In this document: positions 43,803-53,193 of the stretch, piece after piece
How the letters are laid out: each line of letters begins with the position of its first letter
Position numbering within the stretch: position 1 is the first letter of the stretch
Source: an uncultured Methanoregulaceae archaeon
GTDB taxonomy: Archaea; Halobacteriota; Methanomicrobia; Methanomicrobiales; Methanospirillaceae
Assembly: GCA_963841015.1 (NCBI GenBank)
Contig: CAWJAX010000002.1
Location: 320,001-384,000 of the forward strand
DNA length: 64,000 nt
Direction of reading: 5' to 3'
Translations under genes and position numbers: made by a program
The notes under the pieces: model-generated
What the model was told of the DNA's origin: nothing
What the model saw: only the letters and a program-made list of their open reading frames with translations
The model's database searches: none

Positions 43803-44084
43803 TCTTATATCACAGATATGAAACTATGGGTTGATAAACACAATTTAACTCAAATAGTTATTAAATTTTTTGTTTTTATTTACGCTTAAATTTAATTTTT
43901 TTTATCATAATTGAAGAAAATTTCCGATTTTTTTCAAAAAATCTCCAAAAAAACATATTATTTTTTAACAATCGGCAAAATTATCAATTATTTCCCGAAT
44001 TATCACCCGAAAAAGGGTATAATTTTGTAATAAAGGACCAGGATATTATTTCACGCCTGTCCAGGGAAACGGATATTCGTAAAC

Positions 44085-45452
44085 CTATTCTGTGGTAATT
44101 TTTAAAATATGGTCCATCAGTTCACCATGAAAAATCTGGCTATGGTGATCAGAGTCCGCGTCAATTATTATCCGGATTATGGGCTCAGTACCTGAAGCAC
44201 GAACAAGCGCCCACGAATCTTTCCTTAAAATTTTTACCCCATCTGTCAGGTCCAACGATTCCTGAGAATATGACTTTTTAAGGGATTCAAGCACTTGTGT
44301 TCCGCGTGATGTACTGATTTTATCCTTGATCATGGAGCGTCTGGGCAACGCGTTCACCAGTGTCGAAAGTTGTTGACCCGTCGAAGCAAGAATAAAAACC
44401 ATCATTGCAGCTGTCATACCCCCATCACGGCAGAACTGGTGATCGGGGAAAATAAGTCCCCCGTTTCCCTCGCCCCCGAATATAACCTTATCTCCCTTCT
44501 CCATCATTGACCGCATAGTACGTGCAACATAGATACTTCCAACCGGTGTATAGGTGATCGTGCAACCTTCATTTTTCACCACCATTTCCACGACAAGCGA
44601 TGTGCTAACCGGAGTAACCAGTGTTCCTTTTTTCTGGTGACATGTGTGCTGAGCTATCAGGGCAAATTCTCTGTTTTCTTCAATAAATCGTCCCTTCTCA
44701 TCGATGAATACTGCCCTATCTGCATCACCATCATGCGCAACGCCGAATGCTGCTCCACTGCTGACTACGAGTTCAGCCAGATCTTTGAGACCCTCAGGAG
44801 AAGGTTCGGGTAACCTTCCGGGAAATGTCCCGTCCATAACTCCATTGAGCGTGAGAACCCTGCATCCCATTCCGTTGAGGATCTGGGGTGTTGTGAGGCA
44901 TGCGGGACCGGATCCCGGATCAACCACAACGGATATTCCTGATCCCACATTTTCAGGGAAATGATGCACAATTGCCTGTATGTATTTCGTGATTAGATAT
45001 GGAGCATTTGTTTCCTGCCCGATGTATTCCCACGATTCAGGAGAAAATGAAGGTTCAAATATCAGTTGTTCGAGCCTGAGTGTTTCCTCATCACCCATTT
45101 CCGTGCCATCGGCCTCTATGATCTTGACCCCGTTATATTCAGGTGGATTATGCGATGCGGTTATCATTGCACCCCCATCAAACTGCTCTTTAATGAGGTA
45201 TTGGAGTGCAGGGGTGGGCAGGATGCCACAATCAACAACATTACAACCTGTTGCAAGCAGACCTGATTTAACTGCCTTTACGAGCGTTTCACCAGATGTC
45301 CGGGTGTCTCTTCCAACTGCAATACAGCCTTTGCGCATTGTTCCAAGTGCTTCCCCAATGGTTAGTGCTAAATTGGGCGTCAGATCTTTACCCACTATTC
45401 CTCTGACCCCATTTGTACCAAACAACCTTTTCTGAAATTTTGTTGATTGCAT
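44085..45452 (-). CDS. glmM: Phosphoglucosamine mutase / phosphohexomutase
   Basis: FGTNGVRG, TASHNP, DGDADR, GEGNGG, RASGTEP. Confidence 0.88.
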   Translation of the reverse strand: MQSTKFQKRLFGTNGVRGIVGKDLTPNLALTIGEALGTMRKGCIAVGRDTRTSGETLVKAVKSGLLATGCNVVDCGILPTPALQYLIKEQFDGGAMITASHNPPEYNGVKIIEADGTEMGDEETLRLEQLIFEPSFSPESWEYIGQETNAPYLITKYIQAIVHHFPENVGSGISVVVDPGSGPACLTTPQILNGMGCRVLTLNGVMDGTFPGRLPEPSPEGLKDLAELVVSSGAAFGVAHDGDADRAVFIDEKGRFIEENREFALIAQHTCHQKKGTLVTPVSTSLVVEMVVKNEGCTITYTPVGSIYVARTMRSMMEKGDKVIFGGEGNGGLIFPDHQFCRDGGMTAAMMVFILASTGQQLSTLVNALPRRSMIKDKISTSRGTQVLESLKKSYSQESLDLTDGVKILRKDSWALVRASGTEPIIRIIIDADSDHHSQIFHGELMDHILKITTE

Positions 45453-45477
45453 GATTCCTTGCCTCCATTATTCTTTT

Positions 45478-45894
45478 TTATTTGCGAAAAGTTTCGAAGA
45501 GATTAAGCGATGAAATGACCTCATCAACTGAAGGATTTGTCAGGATAGTGGTATCAGCAGTCAGACTACCGATAACTATTTTGGGAAACGATCGTTGTTT
45601 AAAGCCCTCAATTATGGCAAAGTCCATACTTTGATCGAAGAGCATTCTCAAAACATCGTCAAGGGAGTTCTTACGTAACGCCACTACTGCTTTGTGGGTA
45701 TCTATTCCTGCAGAAATGTCTGCACCTCCATCAAAAAAAACCGTGGTGTCTTTTCCCTTATCGATATTGTAGGTATGATCTGCCAGATGTTTGATCACTC
45801 CTACTTTTCCTTTTTTTTTGAGTTCGGGAATCAGGCTTTTAATAAATGTTGTTTTACCAGAATTTGAGTTTCCCACAACCTGGATTATTTTCAT
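45478..45894 (-). CDS. mobB: Molybdopterin-guanine dinucleotide biosynthesis protein B
   Basis: VGNSNSGKTT, VIKH, GKDT, IIEGFK. Confidence 0.9.
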   Translation of the reverse strand: MKIIQVVGNSNSGKTTFIKSLIPELKKKGKVGVIKHLADHTYNIDKGKDTTVFFDGGADISAGIDTHKAVVALRKNSLDDVLRMLFDQSMDFAIIEGFKQRSFPKIVIGSLTADTTILTNPSVDEVISSLNLFETFRK

Positions 45895-45943
45895 ATGTTT
45901 CTCTCCTTCTTTAATCGATTAGAATTACTAATAAGTTGTACCA

Positions 45944-46780
45944 TTATATTTCCGAATTTTCCTGATGTTTGGTTTTAATTTCTCCTGCGTTGATATCTGA
46001 AATCTTTTCCTGATCACGGGTACCAGGAAACTCACCCGAAACAAAACTCATTGTAATTGATCCGTCCAATGCAATTTTTTTATCTACGGTAGGAAGAATT
46101 TCTGGTGTCCCTGTTTCCTGAATTGGTGTCCCAAATGGAGGGCCCTGGGCTTCTGGTTTTTTATCGTCGCCAATTTTTTCTCGGCCTGGTGCTTCATTAA
46201 GAACAGTATTATTTTCGGGTATCGATTTTTGTGATAGAGGATGGATTATTTGATCGTATGAATCTCCCTCTTCTGCCCTTGATTTAAGAATGGTTTTTGC
46301 TGCTTCCCCAACACTTCTCATCACTTTGGTGATCCGATCCTCAATATCAATCTCTTCATCAATATCCAGTGTGGTTCCTTCCACCTCGAGAAGAAACCGT
46401 GCTACCTCGCTTGCTTCAAAAAGCAGATCATCAAGTTCATCAGTGGTAAAAAATCCACACATTGCTCCATAGAAAAATGTGGCGCTTGCTTTTCTCACCT
46501 TCTTTTTGAATGAGTTACGTGCCTGGTTGACAGCCTGGGGTGTATAGGTATCTTCCATAAACGGTACAAGTTCCGGGAGATGTTTTCCAATAAAGGTCAT
46601 CTCTGCACCCCCTGATGTTCGGAAGTCCGTACATAACCGTGCAAGCGCCCATTCCCGTGCTGTTATGTAGGTTCTCTTACGCAGAAACTGGTTTACTTTT
46701 CGATAAGTAGCCCCATCAACTTTTTTAAATTTTCTATATTTACTTATCTCCTGACGGATACGGGAATCGTCCATTTTCAA
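45944..46780 (-). CDS. Conserved euryarchaeal hypothetical protein (DUF5806-like) with low-complexity C-terminus
   Basis: YITAREWALARLC.DF, VNQAR.SF motifs recalled from Methanomicrobia/haloarchaea. Confidence 0.7.
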   Translation of the reverse strand: MKMDDSRIRQEISKYRKFKKVDGATYRKVNQFLRKRTYITAREWALARLCTDFRTSGGAEMTFIGKHLPELVPFMEDTYTPQAVNQARNSFKKKVRKASATFFYGAMCGFFTTDELDDLLFEASEVARFLLEVEGTTLDIDEEIDIEDRITKVMRSVGEAAKTILKSRAEEGDSYDQIIHPLSQKSIPENNTVLNEAPGREKIGDDKKPEAQGPPFGTPIQETGTPEILPTVDKKIALDGSITMSFVSGEFPGTRDQEKISDINAGEIKTKHQENSEI

Positions 46781-47292
46781 CCTCCTGTCTGATTTGTGGT
46801 TTATCCAAAAACCAGGCCTGCTGGTGGGATTATCTATGATCTCTCTGTTTTGTGTATAGCAATATATGGTTTATTGCTATTAAAATTATGATAAACTCTT
46901 CTGGTTTTTTTGTCAACAATACGTCTGAAAAATACGTTTGAAAACAGATTTTTTTAAGGATAAAGGTCCACGATCGTTTTATTGTCCTGTATGACCGTTT
47001 TCATGAGATTTCAAGACATAAGATCAACCGGGCACGATTGCACCCTCCTATTTCCTGCTTTGATTGTAAAAGCAGCTGGTTAAATTTTTTCCTGGTCAAT
47101 AGCAATGCATCAGCCCTCCCAAAAAAATTGTCCGGTCCTTCCGAATTGCACGATTGCACCCATGCTATTTTTCGTTTTCTCTTATTGGCTTGCTGCCTTT
47201 TGTTCGAATGATTGTTCAAGGTGATCCGGATAAAGCACCCCGGGAAATCTTGCCCTTCAATTTTACACACTATGCAGTATATTTTTTTTGCT

Positions 47293-47488
47293 CTGTTTTG
47301 CTCTTTAGAACTCCTTTTTTTACTGTGATATGAAATTCGAGATGCTGGTACGATGAAGGAGGGGGGACCGTGCCTGTCCCCTCATACCACCCCTGCGCTG
47401 AGCGATCAGGACTTAGCACCTGTGTTCGGATTTTTTTGCAGCGGCGGGGGTGAAATCCCCCTTGAGCGTATAGCTTGTAATTGAACAT
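47293..47488 (+). repeat. Dispersed intergenic repeat family, copy 4 (~200 bp)
   Basis: TGATATGAAATTC..GCTGGT.CGATGA..GGGGAC.GTGCC.TGTCC..CATACC.C.CCTGC..TAGCACC..GGGGTGAAA.CCCCCTTGAG shared with 27310-27510 (minus). Confidence 0.8.
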
Positions 47489-48924
47489 CTCTACAGAGTT
47501 TTTTTTAAATTTTACGGAATCTTTGCGAATTTTTTGTGTATGATTTTGTTGTGTTCTTCTTTATGCAAAGGCACGCGAATTCTCCTTCATTTGATACTGG
47601 GCAAGCCAGAATAATTCACGAATATTTCTATTCCCTATAACCTGATATTTCGGCTCTTTTTTAATGAGGTGGCTGTTGCATAATGTTCGATTAATTTTGT
47701 GATGATTGTAGTGCAGCTTTTCATGGGAAGGCCAATTTACTCGAAAAATGGTGAGAAGGGAAGAAATCCAGCAAAAAAATTGCCTTTAGTATATAGCATC
47801 ATATGGTTTATAATAAAAAGAGGGCTAACAGAAAAAATAATCATAAAATTAAAATTTATGCATATTTTTTAAAAATAACTCTATTTGGGGGATTTATAAT
47901 TGTTATACCAAAAATTATGTACGTGTGTGCATATAATCCTTACACCAGGGTAAAGTCAGATTAAATGTGGAATTTAGAATACTATTCTTGTATTTTATGC
48001 AAAACATATCCTCCATCGGAAAACACACCCCTGAATGTCCACTAAGATTTTTATTTGTATGATTAAATTTTTTTTAAGAAGATTTTCGTGATTTATAGGA
48101 AAAACCTAGACAATTTGCTTATTACCAAAAGAATGTTCGATGTATTTCGCACGAATTACCTTAAAATGTCCTCAATTTTAGAGTTTAACGCGAAACTATT
48201 CTCTTTTGGAATTATAATTTGGAACCAATCGATCTTGTCGGAACTTTTACGGTACTCCGGGTTTACGAAAGAAACTGGTAAACGAATTTTTACCAGAGTT
48301 CGTTCTCCTTTCACAAATATTTGATAATGTCACGAAATATCCACTAACTTCAGGTTTTCTTCCAATTTTTAACAGATTCAACGCTAAATTATCTGGATTA
48401 ATCGGTTGATATATTCTGGAACATCCCTGGTTGGAGCAGGATTGACTTAAAGCACAACCGGATTCTGTTTTTCTGTCATAAAATTCCAGAAAAACCTCAT
48501 ATCTGGTGCATGAAAGATAATGAGAAGACTACTGATCAGGACAAATCCTGTGCCGTATTTTAATAAGGGGAAAATGGTGTCCTTTCATTTTCAAAGACCA
48601 TTATTACGCCGGGTACAAATCAGACTAGTGATATAACTAAATCTTGTATCTTCTGTCTGAATGAACCAGTCTTCAATTTTCCACAGACGACAGAACTCAA
48701 TAGTGGGCTTCTGGCAACGTTTCTGATATGGCTTGAATCGAATCTACCCTATCTGATGAAAAAACCCCCTTTTTTAATATCTCTTAATCGAAGTGTCAAC
48801 TTACTTTCAGATAGAGATACCAGTAAAATATGTACACAAGGGATGATGCTGCAGTTTGTATGAGTTTTGACAACATACCTTCAAATTGGCATTCCAAGCA
48901 GCATCGAGATACAGCGATTTCAGA

Positions 48925-48952
48925 CTTTCGCAGAACAGGTATTCTGCGCAAA
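48925..48952. promoter_or_regulatory. 11-6-11 imperfect palindrome (CTTTCGCAGAA-CAGGTA-TTCTGCGCAAA) abutting xerA TATA box; candidate XerA binding/dif site
   Basis: CGCAGAA-N6-TTCTGCG inverted arms ending 34 bp before the xerA ATG, followed by CTTTATTTAT. Confidence 0.55.
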
Positions 48953-48985
48953 CCTTTATTTATTTGAGATAAGATAAATTAGACC

Positions 48986-49903
48986 ATGGAAAGCGGGTAT
49001 TTTTCGGAGTGGCTCAAAAGCTACCGCAACTACCTCCGGATGCGTAATTACTCCCCCCGCACGCTCAACAGCTATGAACAGGTCATTAAACATTTTGCTT
49101 ACTACGTTTGGCTGCGCCGTCACACGGATGTGACGAAACTTGTAATATACTGGAAAGATTTTGAAAATGCCCGGCTTGATACTGACGTAGAGGTTACTCC
49201 AGTAATTATTACGGATTTCCTCTCATTTGTATCGTCAATGCAGACATACAAACCCAAAACGTTTCACCGTATTATATCAACCCTGAGCTCATTCTACCGC
49301 TTCCTGTTTACGCAAGGAGCTGTCACATCCAACCCCCTGACCGGTATCGATCGTCCTCGGATAAAACAACAGGATGTAAAATATCTCAAGCACAACCAGG
49401 TGTTGCGACTGCTTGATTCAATAGAAGATCCTCGTGACAAACTTATTGTCAGGACCATTTATGCTACCGGTGTCCGGGTATCAGAGCTTTGTAATATGAA
49501 TATCGAAGATATCGATTTTGATGAACATACCATCAGAATCCGGGGAAAAGGTGACAAGATAAGAACAGTTTTTGTCGATGATGATACCCTTGCTGATATC
49601 TTAAAGTTCATTGGCAACAGGATTACCGGGCCCGTTTTTGTAGGTCAGCAGGGTAAAAATATCTCATCAAGAGCCATTCAGCATATCTTCAAACATTATG
49701 CACCCACGGGGATAACCCCACATAAGATTCGTCATAGTTATGCAAGTGAACTTTATAAACGATCAAAAAATCTCAGGGTTGTCCAGGAAAATCTTGGTCA
49801 TACCTCCATAAAAACAACAGAAATTTACCTCCATACCGATATTGACGAACGAAGACAGGTTTATCAACAGTTTTTCCCGCTTTCTGACAATGATGAGAAC
49901 TAA
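48986..49903 (+). CDS. xerA: Tyrosine recombinase XerA
   Basis: YSPRT, SSFYRFL, YATGVRVSEL, GKGDK, TPHKIRHSYA, LGHTSIKTTEIY (R-K-H-R-H-Y intact). Confidence 0.9.
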   Translation: MESGYFSEWLKSYRNYLRMRNYSPRTLNSYEQVIKHFAYYVWLRRHTDVTKLVIYWKDFENARLDTDVEVTPVIITDFLSFVSSMQTYKPKTFHRIISTLSSFYRFLFTQGAVTSNPLTGIDRPRIKQQDVKYLKHNQVLRLLDSIEDPRDKLIVRTIYATGVRVSELCNMNIEDIDFDEHTIRIRGKGDKIRTVFVDDDTLADILKFIGNRITGPVFVGQQGKNISSRAIQHIFKHYAPTGITPHKIRHSYASELYKRSKNLRVVQENLGHTSIKTTEIYLHTDIDERRQVYQQFFPLSDNDEN

Positions 49904-50460
49904 TACGGCCAGTGCTTCTTTATTTAAAAAAAATTGGTAATGCCAGTATCTTTCCAGTTTTCATAGTGATTCAATATTGGTAAAAAACTTCGAATCGCTC
50001 AATCACAAATAACAGTAATTCAGTCTTATTTTTGTGTTTAAACCACATTTCTATCGATAATCTCTCCCAAAAAAACTGTGAAAACCTCTGAATTTTTTTA
50101 AGGTATAAACCATATGTTGCTATATACTAACGGCATCATTTTCTCCCTCGATTATATGAGCTTTTAGAATTTTCTGTGCTTTCTCTGGTGCACCAGCTTC
50201 CAGAATGAAAAATCAGAAAGGATAGATACGGAAATTATCCGGGATGGTTCATATCGATGAATTCTGTTGCAGTATAGTAGAGAAAATTTTCTTCACGAGT
50301 ATCTGATGATGCATTCACCCGCAGTAATTCATGGAATTTTTGGTGTGGATCTCGCTGGTAGACTATGAATAATGAGACTTTGCCTGGGTTCCCGGCGAAG
50401 AATGCAAAGGACCCAATCGCCATTATTAATAGCAGATAAATCTCCTGACATTTGATGAGA

Positions 50461-51452
50461 AAAATCCAGATAACTCTAATTATATTCAATGTCTGGTGAA
50501 GAACCTGTGGTATCGAAATGTTTGGGATGGGGAATTTACCGATGAGGATATGAGAAAAATCCAGATAAATCCAATTATAACTAATGTCCGAAGAAGAAGG
50601 TAAAGTATCTTATCTTTCCGTTTAAGAAGCCAGCCGGTGAAAGAACCAGTAAAATCCAGATAACTCTAATTATATCCAATGTCTGGTGAAGAACCTGTGG
50701 TATCGAAATGTTTGGGGTGGGGAATTTACCGATGAGGATATGAGAAAAATCCAGATAAATCCAATTATAACTAATGTCCGAAGAAGAAGGTAAAGTATCT
50801 TATCTTTCCGTTTAAGAAGCCAGCCGGTGAAAGAACCAGTAAAATCCAGATAACTCTAATTATATCCAATGTCTGGTGAAGAACCTGTGGTATCGAAATG
50901 TTTGGGGTGGGGAATTTACCGATGAGGATATGAGAAAAATCCAGATAAATCCAATTATAACTAATGTCCGAAGAAGAAGGTAAAGTATCTTATCTTTCCG
51001 TTTAAGAAGCCAGCCGGTGAAAGAACCAGTAAAATCCAGATAACTCTAATTATATCCAATGTCTGGTGAAGAACCTGTGGTATCGAAATGTTTGGGGTGG
51101 GGAATTTACCGATGAGGATATGAGAAAAATCCAGATAAATCCAATTATAACTAATGTCCGAAGAAGAAGGTAAAGTATCTTATCTTTCCGGTTAAGAAAC
51201 CAGCCGGTGAAAGAACCAGTAAAATCCAGATAACTCTAATTATATCCAATGTCTGGTGAAGAACCTGTGGTATCGAAATGTTTGGGGTGGGGAATTTACC
51301 GATGAGGATATGAGAAAAATCCAGATAAATCCAATTATAACTAATGTCCGAAGAAGAAGGTAAAGTATCTTATCTTTCCGGTTAAGAAGCCAGCCGGTGA
51401 AAGAACCAGTAAAATCCAGAAAACTCTAATTATATTCGATGTCTGGTGAAGA
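50461..51452. repeat. Tandem array: five 190-bp units plus a partial sixth; each unit is two diverged 95-bp monomers carrying a dif-like 11-6-11 core
   Basis: Units start at 50461, 50651, 50841, 51031, 51221, 51411; second monomer at +95 in each. Confidence 0.97.
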
Positions 51453-51595
51453 GCTCCGGAGAAGCAACTTGTGTAATCTGATTCATTGAGTAGCCTACGA
51501 AATCAGGGTATATTTTTGTATTTACCTATCAGGTTACATAATTGTATAACCACAATTCTTTATTTCATATTTGCTGACATAATGTGGGAACAGAT

Positions 51596-52051
51596 ATGCC
51601 AAAAGTCCAGAAACGGAAATACGAAAAAATCGATGATCTGGAAATTGACCTGGTTATCCAATGTAATGACAGTCACGAATTCTATGAACGATACCGACAG
51701 GTTTTCCCTAATAAAAAGAAAGGAATTGACAGCATCAGTAAAATCTGGAAACGACGCAGCGAATTTATTAAAAAACAACATGGTGATTTGCAACCTGCCG
51801 AATCTCATTCAGGATCCTCACGTGAACTCGAGATCCTTATCACTGATCAGAACAAAATTCTGGCTGAATTATCCGGTGTTATGAAAGAACACCTCAGGGT
51901 AAGTAAGGAAATCCTGGCGCGTTTCCCAAAACAGATACAGAAATCCGATGAGCCCGTTCAGAAAACTGCAGAAGTCAAAATCCCTGATCACAAAGAACCT
52001 GAAAAGAAAATCAGTGGGGAAAGACGTAAGGATATTATGATAGGGTCCTGA
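51596..52051 (+). CDS. Hypothetical protein; basic N-terminal putative Myb/HTH-like domain plus coiled coil
   Basis: Intact ORF; FYERYRQVFPNKKKGIDSISKIWKRR segment, heptad-like ELEILITDQNKILAELSGVMKEHL. Confidence 0.7.
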   Translation: MPKVQKRKYEKIDDLEIDLVIQCNDSHEFYERYRQVFPNKKKGIDSISKIWKRRSEFIKKQHGDLQPAESHSGSSRELEILITDQNKILAELSGVMKEHLRVSKEILARFPKQIQKSDEPVQKTAEVKIPDHKEPEKKISGERRKDIMIGS

Positions 52052-52259
52052 ACCCTGAATATATAAATCAAAAAGTAAAAAACCAATTCAATGAACTCTG
52101 ATGATGAATGTAATATTATGATTCGGCATTCGTTACCTTCCTATGAGGGAAAATATTTTTTTTTGACAAAGGTATCCTTATAGTCCTAAAATGCAAATAT
52201 GCCTAAGCATCTTTCTGAATAAAAGGAAGGTAGCCGAATTCGCAATCGTTTAATTAAAT

Positions 52260-52332
52260 ACCCCCGTAGTGTAGCGGTCAATCATGCAGGACTTTGGATC
52301 CGGCGACACCAGTTCGAATCTGGTCGGGGGTA
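52260..52332 (+). tRNA. tRNA-Gln(UUG)
   Basis: Acceptor ACCCCCG/CGGGGGT with A1-U72, D-arm GTGTAGCGGTCAATCAT, anticodon loop CT-TTG-GA, T-arm ACCAG-TTCGAAT-CTGGT. Confidence 0.93.
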
Positions 52333-52656
52333 TTGAAAAGCAGGCACTGGTATTGTCACTCTTTTTGGACAAATTGATCAACAAAATGACTTATTGTTGT
52401 TTAAAAAAATCTTTTTTCGCGTTAAAATAAATGGTTGCCCGGACAGGGACACCTATGACACCAGTCAGGAACTCTCCTGGATTGGGACAGAATCATTATC
52501 CGGCAATCCCTTTTTTTAAATTTTGACCGACCACGAATGCCCACGCGACAGGCCCCTAATGCATCCCCATCTCCAGCGCACCCTCTTCTCTGTGCAAGTG
52601 TATATATACGGAATCATTCCCACATTATCAGAACATATTACCAGGAGCTTTTGATA

Positions 52657-53193
52657 GTGAAGTGGCTGTCTACTCTTGTGATAATGATCATCGTGACAGC
52701 TGTTATTGCAGCAGGTTGCGCTGACGAAGAAGATTCCGGCCCTGTGATGCCTGCAGCTGATGCTGCTCTACCGGGCCAGGTACTGATAGATATCGGTAAT
52801 GTGACCGGGAATGGTATACCCCGGGGTACGATCGATACCATCACCTTCACTCTCGGTCTTGTTCCTGGAGAGAAATCCGTTAATGTGGAGAATATCTCAA
52901 TTGTCTATGCTGATGCAATCCGGACCGAGAGCCTGGTTCCTGTCGAAGGTTTTTATGGTGATCCTCCGCCGGGCTCCTGGGGAATTCTGGAAGTTCAGAA
53001 CCAGGTGGGCACCCCAAACAACCGGCTCGAATTTGAGGAGCGGTTAGTCATCCGGATCAATCCCAAAGCACCGCTCGTTCCCCTGCAGTTTGTAACGATC
53101 ATCGTAAAACCCCCTTCAGGTACATCTCTGACTATCCGCAGGGTCTCTCCCCCAACCATAATCAAAGAGAATAATCTCCTTACCCCTGTCTAA
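52657..53193 (+). CDS. Putative lipoprotein with archaellin-like globular domain
   Basis: GTG start after GGAG; hydrophobic leader ending IAAGC; C-terminus NNRLEFEE..KPPSGTSLTIRRVSP resembles archaellins. Confidence 0.65.
   Translation: MKWLSTLVIMIIVTAVIAAGCADEEDSGPVMPAADAALPGQVLIDIGNVTGNGIPRGTIDTITFTLGLVPGEKSVNVENISIVYADAIRTESLVPVEGFYGDPPPGSWGILEVQNQVGTPNNRLEFEERLVIRINPKAPLVPLQFVTIIVKPPSGTSLTIRRVSPPTIIKENNLLTPV

Noticed and set aside
50489-50625. Short peptides MSGEEPVVSKCLGWGIYR and MSEEEGKVSYLSV encoded in each monomer
   Set aside because: No RBS or properly spaced promoter, lengths differ, and 95 is not a multiple of 3; the similarity follows from monomer homology
50461-51452. CRISPR array (given cas1 11 kb away)
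   Set aside because: Intervening segments are not unique but alternate between two mutually homologous sequences; the two repeat types differ; the 95-bp period is too long; no leader or cas operon
47001-51884. Short ORFs 47001-47270, 47270-47488, 48088-48324, 50235-50489, 51486-51884 and the many antisense ORFs in the track
   Set aside because: No recognisable motifs; they overlap repeats or well-supported genes in other frames
48986-52332. Integrated element with integrase targeting tRNA-Gln
   Set aside because: No duplicated tRNA fragment (att) found in the window, and the recombinase looks like chromosomal XerA
52430-52590. GC-rich segment after tRNA-Gln as another repeat or ncRNA
   Set aside because: No second copy or convincing structure within this window
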